64,000 bases of DNA from assembly GCA_963663165.1 (NCBI GenBank), contig OY760175.1, positions 5,824,001 through 5,888,000 of the forward strand, read 5' to 3'. Shown one piece after another: positions 19,057-27,425 of the stretch (position 1 is its first letter; the number at the start of each line of letters is the position of its first letter). Source of the stretch: an uncultured Desulfospira sp. Lineage in GTDB: Bacteria > Desulfobacterota > Desulfobacteria > Desulfobacterales > Desulfobacteraceae. The position numbers and the translations under genes were made by a program. The notes below the pieces were generated by a model that saw only the letters and a program-made list of their open reading frames with translations, made no database searches and was not told the DNA's origin.

Positions 19057-19077
19057 GCAGCAAAATCCTTAAAGAAG

Positions 19078-19111
19078 CGAACAGCTAACGGCTAATAGCT
19101 AACAGCTAAAG
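19078..19111. repeat. GCTAAC heptamer run in the riboswitch leader
   Basis: GCGAACA GCTAACG GCTAATA GCTAACA GCTAAAG. Confidence 0.7.
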
Positions 19112-19165
19112 AAAAACCGATGATGCAAAAATCCGGATTGGAATATGAAAAGAAAATGCGGGGCC

Positions 19166-19260
19166 CGACTTTCCTACGCCAGAATAATCTGGATCAGGTT
19201 CCAAGGGTCGAAACTCTAACCAGTTTCCTCTCAGCCGGTGTTTGCCGGCTCCCCCAGTCC
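19166..19260 (-). ncRNA. TPP (THI-box) riboswitch
   Basis: Minus strand reads GACTGGGGGAGCCGG..CCGGCTGAGA..GACCCTTGGAACCTGATCCAGATTATTCTGGCGTAGGAAAGTC, with the CTGAGA and ACCTGA cores and a GACU/AGUC P1 stem; upstream of the thi operon. Confidence 0.95.
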
Positions 19261-19287
19261 GTTTTGCGGTTCATTAAAACGGGAAAA

Positions 19288-19317
19288 ACGGTATCACGGC
19301 CTCAAGCGGGCTGTCAA
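19288..19317 (-). promoter_or_regulatory. Putative sigma70 promoter of the thi operon
   Basis: TTGACA (19317-19312)-N18-TACCGT with an extended TG, about 28 nt before the riboswitch. Confidence 0.6.
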
Positions 19318-19463
19318 CAAGAAACAAGAAACTGGAGACAAGAGACAAGAGACAAGAAACAGGAAACAAGAGACAAGAAACAAGAAACAAGAAACAGGAA
19401 ACAGGAAACAAGAGACAAGAAACAGGAAACAAGAGACAAGAAACAAGAAACTGGAAATAAGAG
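19317..19463 (+). repeat. Tandem heptamer array (ACAAGAA/ACAAGAG/ACAGGAA), about 20 units
   Basis: Read directly; the same heptamers occur inside 5606..5752. Confidence 0.93.
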
Positions 19464-19603
19464 TTTCAGTGCTGCGCACTGAAATTGCATTCGGTAGTCT
19501 TAAACAGTGGGAAAGTTACCTGTGATTGCCCTGATACTTTGCTTGACAAAAAGCGTCTTCCTATCCTACATGAAGTATACACATCGCTCATCGCTGGACT
19601 GCA

Positions 19604-19650
19604 TCGTGCTTGCAGATCGTGGAGAGATCGAACAGGTGCTGATCAACCTC
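19604..19650 (+). pseudogene. Histidine kinase HATPase N-box remnant
   Basis: Translates to IVLADRGEIEQVLINL, resembling the ADPGQIEQVLMNL segment of hybrid kinases; no intact ORF. Confidence 0.5.
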
Positions 19651-19657
19651 CAGGTCA

Positions 19658-19728
19658 GGGGTCAAACCTTGATTATGGCACTAGTAAGGGTCTTAGTGCC
19701 ATTAGTGCCATAATCAAGGTTTGACCCC
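19658..19728. repeat. 26-bp perfect inverted repeat (REP/MITE-like)
   Basis: GGGGTCAAACCTTGATTATGGCACTA-N19-TAGTGCCATAATCAAGGTTTGACCCC. Confidence 0.85.
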
Positions 19729-19796
19729 AGTTCCGGTAGCCCTAAAATTGAGCGCCCGTTTTTAAAGAAAATTTCACCGGCCCCAAAAAGCGGAAA

Positions 19797-19818
19797 GGGG
19801 CAGGCCAAGGCCTGCCCC
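19797..19818 (-). terminator. Probable intrinsic terminator of the porin gene
   Basis: GGGGCAGGCC-TT-GGCCTGCCCC hairpin followed by TTT, about 35 nt after the stop. Confidence 0.6.
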
Positions 19819-19853
19819 GTAAAAGAAAAAGGGAAGCACAAAAAAGAGTTTCT

Positions 19854-21281
19854 TTAGAAGGTCAGCTCAATGGAAAAAGCCACTTTCCAGAAATCTTCCA
19901 CTGAACCATTGGCCGATTCGTTGTAATCGCCGTCTTCGTCAAACATGATGTATCCGAGTTCAGTAGCGAATACCAGGTTTTTCATGACTTGGTATTCTGA
20001 ATTAAAGTTGATCTCTATCAGGCTTTCGTCCTCGTTCATCAGGGTGTCGTCCGGAGACTGGAAAATGCTGTCATCCGCCGTTCCCTGGGCGTACATGATC
20101 TGGAATTCATGGGAAAGTTTTTCACTGGTTTTGATGTCCTTGAGCTTGAACCCGACAGCCCACATGGAAACGGCATAGGTCGTGTCATGGGAGTCAAACA
20201 TGTTGTCGTTGAACCGGCTGCCCCCGAAAAAGGACGTGGTATAGAGGGGGGCGCTGATCAGGACAGGCATCATGTCAATGTCGTTGTCATTGGCATCCGG
20301 ACCGTTCCCGTAGAATGCAAACAGTTCCGGCGTACACCATCCTGCCTTGTAAGTAACGACCAAATCAGTGAAAAACCCTGAGACAGTGATGTCCTCCCCG
20401 GTTGTTTCCCATTCCATGTTTCCGTAGGTGGCGCTTGCCGCAACATTCATGGGATCAATGGGGGAAAATTCTGCCTTCATGCCCAGATAATAGGCCGTAA
20501 CCCCGTCTGTGGGAGTGGTATTGGCAAGCCCGTTGGTACCGGCCAGAAGTGCCGGATAGTCAAAATAGGCATAAGTCCAGTGGCTGGCGGCATTGGCAAT
20601 GACATCTTCTTGAATATAGGCATAAGCTGCCCAGGGGGTTAGCTTGAAGCCTGCCATGCCCAGAGGGGCCTTGATAAGCAACAAGTCTGCCTGGTCATCG
20701 GTGTTGGATTCGGTGTCATCATATAGATCAGCCATCCTGAACCAGGCCGCTTCTATACCGGCAGATTCCCCGATAGGGGCTGAAAAAACAACCCCGGCAG
20801 GGACCTCATACATGAGAAGGCTGCCGTAACCGATTTCATGAAAGTTGTAAAACTGGGAGCCGATTTTAAAGTGCATGCCTGAAACAGTGGTGTAATCAAT
20901 ATACAATTCGTCCAGTTCAAAGATCAAATCCCCGTCCTCTTCTCCGCCTACCACGGCATCTGTGGAGCCAAAATAACCCCCGGTAGAGCCTTCACCAATC
21001 TGAAAACTGGCCACTCCTTTTAACCGTTCATTGATGATCCACTTGGTTCTCAGGCCCAGTTCTCGGGTGGCATCAAAATCCGCATCATCCCCAGTATCAT
21101 AATCATCCACAAAATCCAGGTACTGGGTGGCCCCGAAAGAGGCCTTGATGGCCCCGGTAATCTCAAATTCGCCCATGTCTCCAGCCTTGAATTTCATGGC
21201 TTGGGCAAAAGAAGCCGTTAAAATAATCACCAACAGGGTAAGGGCCTGAAAAAAGCGTTTCTTTCCAATCTTTTTTTTCAT
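19854..21281 (-). CDS. Outer membrane porin (deltaproteobacterial homotrimeric-porin-like)
   Basis: Signal peptide (AQA), alternating beta-strand pattern, LKGVASFQIG, C-terminal WKVAFSIELTF. Confidence 0.75.
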   Translation of the reverse strand: MKKKIGKKRFFQALTLLVIILTASFAQAMKFKAGDMGEFEITGAIKASFGATQYLDFVDDYDTGDDADFDATRELGLRTKWIINERLKGVASFQIGEGSTGGYFGSTDAVVGGEEDGDLIFELDELYIDYTTVSGMHFKIGSQFYNFHEIGYGSLLMYEVPAGVVFSAPIGESAGIEAAWFRMADLYDDTESNTDDQADLLLIKAPLGMAGFKLTPWAAYAYIQEDVIANAASHWTYAYFDYPALLAGTNGLANTTPTDGVTAYYLGMKAEFSPIDPMNVAASATYGNMEWETTGEDITVSGFFTDLVVTYKAGWCTPELFAFYGNGPDANDNDIDMMPVLISAPLYTTSFFGGSRFNDNMFDSHDTTYAVSMWAVGFKLKDIKTSEKLSHEFQIMYAQGTADDSIFQSPDDTLMNEDESLIEINFNSEYQVMKNLVFATELGYIMFDEDGDYNESANGSVEDFWKVAFSIELTF

Positions 21282-21354
21282 CTTTTTCTCCTCATAAATC
21301 AGTTAAGTTAAAGGTGACAGCAATGGGTGCTTCCCGCTTACGATTTATGAAAAG

Positions 21355-21371
21355 AGCAATTGATGTGCCGG
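21355..21371 (-). promoter_or_regulatory. sigma54 (-24/-12) promoter for the porin
   Basis: Minus strand CCGGCACATCAATTGCT (GG-N10-GC), about 75 nt upstream of the start. Confidence 0.65.
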
Positions 21372-21756
21372 AAAGATGCCGGTCTGGCCTTCAAAATGGC
21401 GTTTAGCTTGCTTGATGCCTTTAAAATCAGGGCTGAACCATTATTAATAATTTCAAGGATTCTTAGAAACCCATTCAATTTAATAAAAAAACAGCTCAGG
21501 TAGCGTTATGGTAACGTTATCAACAGTAAAGGGTGACGGTGATACGAGGCTATTATTCGTACGATCCATTCGGAATCGAGATTGAGCTTTATGCCAGTTA
21601 TATGGCGATTGCCTTAGTGGCCGTCTGGCCGACTGACCTCTGGAATGGTTTTTGCTTTTTGCTTATTGTTTTACTGAATTTTTTAAATGATTAGAGAAGA
21701 ATTGTTTTTAAGCTTTGGATCCGGCCGGTATGGCAGGGTCCGATAAAAGGACAGAA

Positions 21757-24700
21757 GTGAGTTTAAATATCAAAAACAGATTAAAAATCCATGAAAATGA
21801 AGCCGGGCTTTTTTGGGGGGCTCTGGGCCTGATTTTTCTAATTCGGCTTGGAAGCCTTATCTTTAATAATTATACGCTGACCGTTTTTCTTAAAAGATTT
21901 GGTGTTGAGTCCCTTCCCATATTATATATGGTGAACCCTTTCATTACCCTTATTCTGGTTGGCAAGCTGGCCATGCTCAAGGAAAAGGTCTCTGCATACG
22001 ACCGCCTTTTGGGTATGCTGATGATTTCGTCTTTATTTGTATTGGCCTTTTGGGGCGGGGCCCTGGGAAAATGGGCCTGGATATACCCGGTTCTGTTCGT
22101 GGTTAAGGTTCAGTTCGAGGCCCTGCTCGGAATCCTTTTCTGGAATCTTTGCAATGATCTGTTCAATTTCAATCAGTCCAAAAGGCTTTTCCCGTTGATT
22201 ACGGCCGGTGGTGTTATAGGGGATTTAGCGGGAAATCTGATTTCCGTTGTTTTTTCATGGACCGGGAACATGAGCTATATGATGCCGGTTTACAGTTTGA
22301 TTCTTTTTTTGGGGGTCTACATTGTCCGGACTCTGGCCCCAAGATTTCCTTTGAAAGTAGTCCGTTCCCCTGGGCACTTTCAGGAAAAAGGTGGGCTTTC
22401 CCGGGTAGCCGCCGTGAAAACCCTGGCGAAAAAAGCCTCTTTAATTAAAGTAGTTGTGGTATTGACCTTTTGTGCCAATGTTATTTTACCGGTCATGAAT
22501 TATCAGTTCAATGCCGCTATTGATAACAGCATTGCCGGAGAAGAGGGGATGCTTCTTTTTTTGGGAACATTCAGAGGCATCATGAGCCTGGTTTCCTTGG
22601 TGCTGCTCTTTTTTTCCGGCCGGGTATATGAAAAATGGAGTATCCCTTCAGCCATGCTGTTTCACCCGGCCAATTACCTGTTTGTTTTCCTGGCCTTTTT
22701 GTTCCGGTTTGATTTGGTTTCAGCCATATATGCCAGATTTTCAACCAATGTGATTCGTACTACGTTTAATCAGCCGGTGAATAATATGCTGATCGGCATT
22801 TTTCCGGATCAGGTTAGGTCCTTGATCCGCCCGTTCCTGAGAGGCGTGGTTGCAAGGGCCGGGCTGATTACCGGATCAGGGCTGGTTCTTTTATTCAAGG
22901 AGTGGGTGCCGGCTGCATACCTATCCCTTATGGTCCTCCCGTTTGTTTTTTTTTGGATAGGGACGGTCGGTTATATGAAAATGAGATATTCAGGTCTCAT
23001 TGTCGAGCTTCTGTCATCAGACACCCTGGACCTTAAGTCCATAGAAAAATCTATTTTGAACAAGCTGTTCACCGAAAAAAAAGCCCAAAAGAAATTATTG
23101 GAAAACCTATCCGGATCCAAGGGAAAGGATGCCGTTCTTCATGCACGGGTCCTTCACTATGCCGGTGCAAAGGAACTGGATGAGTATATCCTTTCAATTT
23201 TGGAGAAACAGGACCGGGATACGAAAATCCGCCTGCTTGGTTTTTTGTCCGGAACCCGGGAGCGCAAAACCTTTGATGTTTTGAAGCGAATGATCAATGT
23301 CAGTGACAGGGATCTGACTTTGGCAATGATTCATACCGTAAAACTTTTAGACAAGGATGAGTGCCGGGACTTTTTTGAAACCCTGAAAAACCGTTGCCGG
23401 AATAACAGACTGGATACCGAATCCACCATGGAAATCCGGTCTTATACTCAGGCGTGTCTTTTGTTAAAGGGCGGGGAAAAAAGCCGAGTACAAATAGAAC
23501 GCCAATTAAATGGAACCGGCACGGAAGGCATTTATGCCGGCATCATCGCAGCAGGCGAATCCAAAGACCCCATCCATGGGGCGGTGCTGGCCGGGCTGTT
23601 AACCCGGGTAGAGGAATCCTTTCTAACGGCTGCTGTTTTAAAGGCCCTGCATCAGATTGATTACAACGAGTTGAACCGGACAGCCCGGCCTTTTCTGGAT
23701 CATCCGGATACAAACGTTCGCCTGGCTGCTCTGGCAGGCATTCAGGTGGACAGTGAAAATATGCAGCGCAAGGTGTTGGCCATGACAGGGGATGCTGCCC
23801 GGTCTGTCCGGGATCTGGCCGTAAAAAAGATTGAAACCGCCGAGTATTGCAGCAGCATGCTTTTATTTGAATTTTTAAATCGCCCGTCAAGACTGATCCG
23901 CGAAGGGGTTTTCAGAATTCTCAATACCCTTGATATAAAGAAGCCGGAACTCCATGCTTTTTTTAAAGCAGAAATGGCGGCGGCCAAAAGAAAGCTCCTT
24001 GATTTTATGACCTTGTCCCGCCTGATGGAGACCCCTTCCGGGAACCTGTTGAAGTGCCATTTAGAGCAGGCCCAGGCCGGTCATATCAAAACCATCCTCC
24101 GGGTGGCTTCATTGACCGACCATTCCGGCCGGATGCGAATCATTGCTAAAAATATTTTTTCAGGAGATTCCAGAAAAAAGGCCAATGCATTGGAGGCCCT
24201 TCAAAGTACCCTGATAACGCCCCTGGCCGGGGAACTGGTCGTTTTTCTGGAAAATTCAAGGCCAGAAAGCCGGTTTGAGCAATTGTTGGACAAAGGCTTG
24301 ATCCAGAAGACGGACAGTCCACCGGAAATGGTCCTTGACCAACTATCCCTGAACCATGACCGGGTAACTGCCAGGCTATCCAGGGACGTGGCGGCAGAAC
24401 TGGGCTTAGGCCGGGAATCTGAAGATAAAAGTTCCCCCCTTTTCATGGATACAGGGGAGAATAACGGCAAAAAAGGCCGTAACCTTGAAACATCCAAAAG
24501 GAAACACCTGAAAGCAGAGAAACACATGAAAGAAGAAATGAGCTTACAAGAAAAAATTATAGCCATCCAGAAAATAGATATTTTTAAAACCCTTGATGTA
24601 AACCAACTGGCCGCAGTCAGCGAAATTGCCCGGGAAAAAGTGTTCAAGCCCGGTATGGTTCTGTTTAATGAAAATGAGGCAGCAGACACCATGTATGTCT

Positions 24701-25014
24701 GTATCCAGGGCCGGCTTTCTATTTCCAGAAACCAGATTGAGGTAGGGGTGTTTAAGGAAGGCGACAGCTTTGGCATGAGTGCTTTTTTTGTTGACAGCAA
24801 ACGGCTGATTACGTGTAAAGCTGAGGCATCGACCCGGGTTTTGGAAATTCATAAGCATGAATTTGAAGAGATGCTCATGGAATATCCCCAGATTTCATAT
24901 GAAATTGCCCGGATCAGCACCCGAAGGATTCAACGGCTCCTCAAGCAAATTAAAAAAGGGGCCGCCCAGGAAGAATTGTTAAAAAATTTCTTCAGTCATG
25001 AGGAGCTGGTCTGA
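21757..25014 (+). CDS. Npt/TLC-like (MFS-fold) transporter fused to HEAT repeats and a cyclic-nucleotide-binding domain
   Basis: FLKRFGVESLP and FWNLCNDLFNFNQSKRLFPLI TLC-type motifs; LDHPDTNVRLAAL HEAT repeat; LFNENEAADTMY..GDSFG..R..T cNMP domain; GTG start with AAGGA RBS. Confidence 0.8.
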   Translation: MSLNIKNRLKIHENEAGLFWGALGLIFLIRLGSLIFNNYTLTVFLKRFGVESLPILYMVNPFITLILVGKLAMLKEKVSAYDRLLGMLMISSLFVLAFWGGALGKWAWIYPVLFVVKVQFEALLGILFWNLCNDLFNFNQSKRLFPLITAGGVIGDLAGNLISVVFSWTGNMSYMMPVYSLILFLGVYIVRTLAPRFPLKVVRSPGHFQEKGGLSRVAAVKTLAKKASLIKVVVVLTFCANVILPVMNYQFNAAIDNSIAGEEGMLLFLGTFRGIMSLVSLVLLFFSGRVYEKWSIPSAMLFHPANYLFVFLAFLFRFDLVSAIYARFSTNVIRTTFNQPVNNMLIGIFPDQVRSLIRPFLRGVVARAGLITGSGLVLLFKEWVPAAYLSLMVLPFVFFWIGTVGYMKMRYSGLIVELLSSDTLDLKSIEKSILNKLFTEKKAQKKLLENLSGSKGKDAVLHARVLHYAGAKELDEYILSILEKQDRDTKIRLLGFLSGTRERKTFDVLKRMINVSDRDLTLAMIHTVKLLDKDECRDFFETLKNRCRNNRLDTESTMEIRSYTQACLLLKGGEKSRVQIERQLNGTGTEGIYAGIIAAGESKDPIHGAVLAGLLTRVEESFLTAAVLKALHQIDYNELNRTARPFLDHPDTNVRLAALAGIQVDSENMQRKVLAMTGDAARSVRDLAVKKIETAEYCSSMLLFEFLNRPSRLIREGVFRILNTLDIKKPELHAFFKAEMAAAKRKLLDFMTLSRLMETPSGNLLKCHLEQAQAGHIKTILRVASLTDHSGRMRIIAKNIFSGDSRKKANALEALQSTLITPLAGELVVFLENSRPESRFEQLLDKGLIQKTDSPPEMVLDQLSLNHDRVTARLSRDVAAELGLGRESEDKSSPLFMDTGENNGKKGRNLETSKRKHLKAEKHMKEEMSLQEKIIAIQKIDIFKTLDVNQLAAVSEIAREKVFKPGMVLFNENEAADTMYVCIQGRLSISRNQIEVGVFKEGDSFGMSAFFVDSKRLITCKAEASTRVLEIHKHEFEEMLMEYPQISYEIARISTRRIQRLLKQIKKGAAQEELLKNFFSHEELV

Positions 25015-25021
25015 AGTTTTT

Positions 25022-25289
25022 ATATGAAAGACTCAGCAACCTGTTGAGTTCTTTCAATATTTGTTGTGGGCGGCTCTTGGTTGGATAACCAAGGCGGCCC
25101 GTGGCCGTTATATGAAAGTCTCACTAACGTCCTGAGAAGACTTTCATTATTCGTTGTGGGCGGTTCTTGGTTGGATAACCAAGGCGGCCCGTGGCCGTTT
25201 ATATGAAAGAATCTGCAAGCTGCTGTAATTCTTTCATGCTTTGTTGTGGGCCGAACCGGATTAACAATCCAATCGGCCCGTGGCCGTTA
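25022..25289 (+). repeat. Tandem array of three ~90-nt two-hairpin units
   Basis: Units start ATATGAAAG at 25022, 25110 and 25201 and end GCCCGTGGCCGTT; stems covary. Confidence 0.93.
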
Positions 25290-25323
25290 GTGAACAGCAG
25301 AAAATAAAAATGACGCCAAGGGT

Positions 25324-25431
25324 AGACAGACTTATAAGTCCGGTATTAATGGATTCCCATTTCCCGGCCCCATTGGGGCTCCAGAAGACACCTTCCCAGG
25401 ACCCTAAATATAATATCTCAGGTGGTGTGGC
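25324..25431 (-). pseudogene. Isolated BNR/Asp-box beta-propeller blade remnant
   Basis: PPEILYLGSWEGVFWSPNGAGKWESINTGL resembles the LYAGT..GVFKSTDGG..W..IN.GL repeat; no full-length gene. Confidence 0.5.
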
Positions 25432-25738
25432 GTTGTTAAATTTTATCAAAATATACAAAGCACATATCAAGCCCGCAAAAGCCTGTCAATCAGTGGCCAT
25501 TTTAAAATATAAAACGGCGTTTTTTAGTGGATTTCATTTCTCGCATTGAAAAAAACAACCCGGGTTGGTATAGGATAGCTGTGTCGCAAAAAAGTTGTAA
25601 AAGGGGCTGGCACTTATCTGATATTCCCCCTTCTCCAATACTGTGAGTTCAAATTTACAGTCAGCCGCCGCCGGACCGTAAGCCGATGAGAAGTTAAGTT
25701 GCGTTAACTGATCAATTAAATATAAAGGGGAAAGAAAA

Positions 25739-26221
25739 ATGGTTAGAATGGAAATTTCGCTTTTTTTAAAAAATGAACCCGGTGAACTGGCAAAACTCTC
25801 CTCTCTTTTATACCAGGCCGGCATCAATATTGATGCATTGACCATTCAGGATGCGTCCGCCTATGTCATAGAAATGTTTAAGGCAAGGGGTAAGTCCATT
25901 AAGCGGATTGCCTCGGTGGCCAACTACAACTCCATTACAAAGGACTCCCATGAGGCCGCTTTGATCCGCCTTCTTGTGGACAATTCAGACAAGGCGGTCA
26001 GCGTTCTTTCTGAACATAAATACATATTTGATATCATGCCGGTCATTGCCATTGAGCTTGAAAATCGCCCGGGCACCCTCACCGAGTTCGCCGAGAAATT
26101 CGGCAAAGCCGGCGTGAACTTAAATTATGTTTATGGCTCTGTTCAGTCGCCGGATGCCAAATGCCTTTTTGTTTTCTCACCTGACGATATGGATCAGGCT
26201 CTGGAGATATTTAAAGAATAA
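25739..26221 (+). CDS. Tandem ACT-domain amino-acid-binding protein
   Basis: ISLFLKNEPGELAK..AGINI and IELENRPGTL..AGVNLNYVY. Confidence 0.88.
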   Translation: MVRMEISLFLKNEPGELAKLSSLLYQAGINIDALTIQDASAYVIEMFKARGKSIKRIASVANYNSITKDSHEAALIRLLVDNSDKAVSVLSEHKYIFDIMPVIAIELENRPGTLTEFAEKFGKAGVNLNYVYGSVQSPDAKCLFVFSPDDMDQALEIFKE

Positions 26222-26224
26222 ACA

Positions 26225-27088
26225 CTATCTATGGTTTTTTTTTAATTCCTCGTCAATTACCCGTTTGATTTCATTTATGGTCCTTCGTTTAATCTGGCGG
26301 CCGTTGATGAAAACAGTGGGGGTTCCCCGGACACCGGCGGTTTGTCCGGCCACCATGTCGGATTTGACCTGCCGGCTGGTTTCCGGGGCCAGGATATCGG
26401 CGGTGAATTTATCCATGTCAAGCCCGAGGCTTTCCGCATATTTTAATAGATTGTCCTCGTTCAGGTCAGCTGCGTTTTCAAACAAAAGATCGTGCATGGG
26501 CCAGAACTGTCCCTGTTTGTGGGCGGCCATGCCGCCGATGGCGGCGGACATGGCAAATTTGTGCATGCTCAAGGGAAAATTTTTAAAGACAATTTTTACC
26601 TTGTCCGGGTAAGCCTGTTCCACCTGGTCTAACAATTCAATAGCCTTGGCGCAGTAAAAGCACTGAAAGTCCGTAAAAATTACCAGGGTGACGGGGGCGT
26701 TTTCAGGCCCTTTAAACGGGGAACCTTTAATATTGATGTTCTGGATAAACTCCACATTAAGCTCATGGATGGCCCCTGTTTTTGAATCGCCCAGAAAAAG
26801 GGTGTCCCCGGTTTTGGTGGCCGTGACGGTGTCAGCAGAAAAATCAAGGGAAATGGTTTCTTTTAACCGGCCATTGGCGTCATATATCTCAACGGCCCCC
26901 TGGCGGGTGAGGACGAAGAAAAGAGTGCCGTCCAGGGACATGCAGGTGTCCACGGGGCTGCCCTTGGATTGAATTTGTTGGCCCTGGCTGACCACTACCC
27001 GGGCTGATGCCGTTTGTGTAAACCCGAAAAAGGCAATGGCTGCAGCCAGCCATATCAGGGGGTTGAACATAAATTTGGGGTGCGCCAT
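26225..27088 (-). CDS. DsbA/thioredoxin-fold exported oxidoreductase
   Basis: Signal peptide; KGPENAPVT, FTDFQCFYC, GVRGTPTVFING. Confidence 0.9.
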   Translation of the reverse strand: MAHPKFMFNPLIWLAAAIAFFGFTQTASARVVVSQGQQIQSKGSPVDTCMSLDGTLFFVLTRQGAVEIYDANGRLKETISLDFSADTVTATKTGDTLFLGDSKTGAIHELNVEFIQNINIKGSPFKGPENAPVTLVIFTDFQCFYCAKAIELLDQVEQAYPDKVKIVFKNFPLSMHKFAMSAAIGGMAAHKQGQFWPMHDLLFENAADLNEDNLLKYAESLGLDMDKFTADILAPETSRQVKSDMVAGQTAGVRGTPTVFINGRQIKRRTINEIKRVIDEELKKNHR

Positions 27089-27172
27089 TGAAAAGATCTC
27101 CGTATGTTAAGGATGTTGGGAAATTGCCCCCTACCATACATCATTGAGGCCCCTTGGGCAAAATTTTTTATA

Positions 27173-27275
27173 GACCTGGGACTTGGGATATGGGACTTGG
27201 GGACGCCACGGAAACTGCAAGCCCCAAGTCCCAAGTCCCAGGTCCCAGGTCCCAGGTCCCAAGTCCATTTTATTG
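27173..27275. repeat. Palindromic TGGGAC/GTCCCA heptamer element
   Basis: About 4 TGGGAC-type heptamers, a GCCACGG..CTGCAA core, then about 7 GTCCCA(A/G) heptamers. Confidence 0.88.
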
Positions 27276-27425
27276 GATTAACCTGATTCCCCATTCCGGG
27301 GGTGGATTGTTCTTTTAACGCGATTGCCCCGGCAAAAGCGCTTCCCGGCCTTGATAAAAAAGACAGCCGGTGGTATGCCCCAACCATGGCACCGGTAAAA
27401 ACGGTTTTTAAGATAAAGGCTTTTC

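Noticed and set aside
19120..19525. ORFs with KQETRDK repeats
   Set aside because: Translations of the heptamer array overlapping the TPP riboswitch; not credible proteins
25022..25289. CRISPR array
   Set aside because: The variable parts are self-complementary stems rather than unique spacers, the constant part is about 60 nt, copies are dispersed singly elsewhere, and no cas genes are present
25640..25710. tRNA fragment or riboswitch upstream of the ACT gene
   Set aside because: Only a CTGTGAG-TTCAAAT-TTACAG T-loop-like hairpin; no cloverleaf or recognisable aptamer
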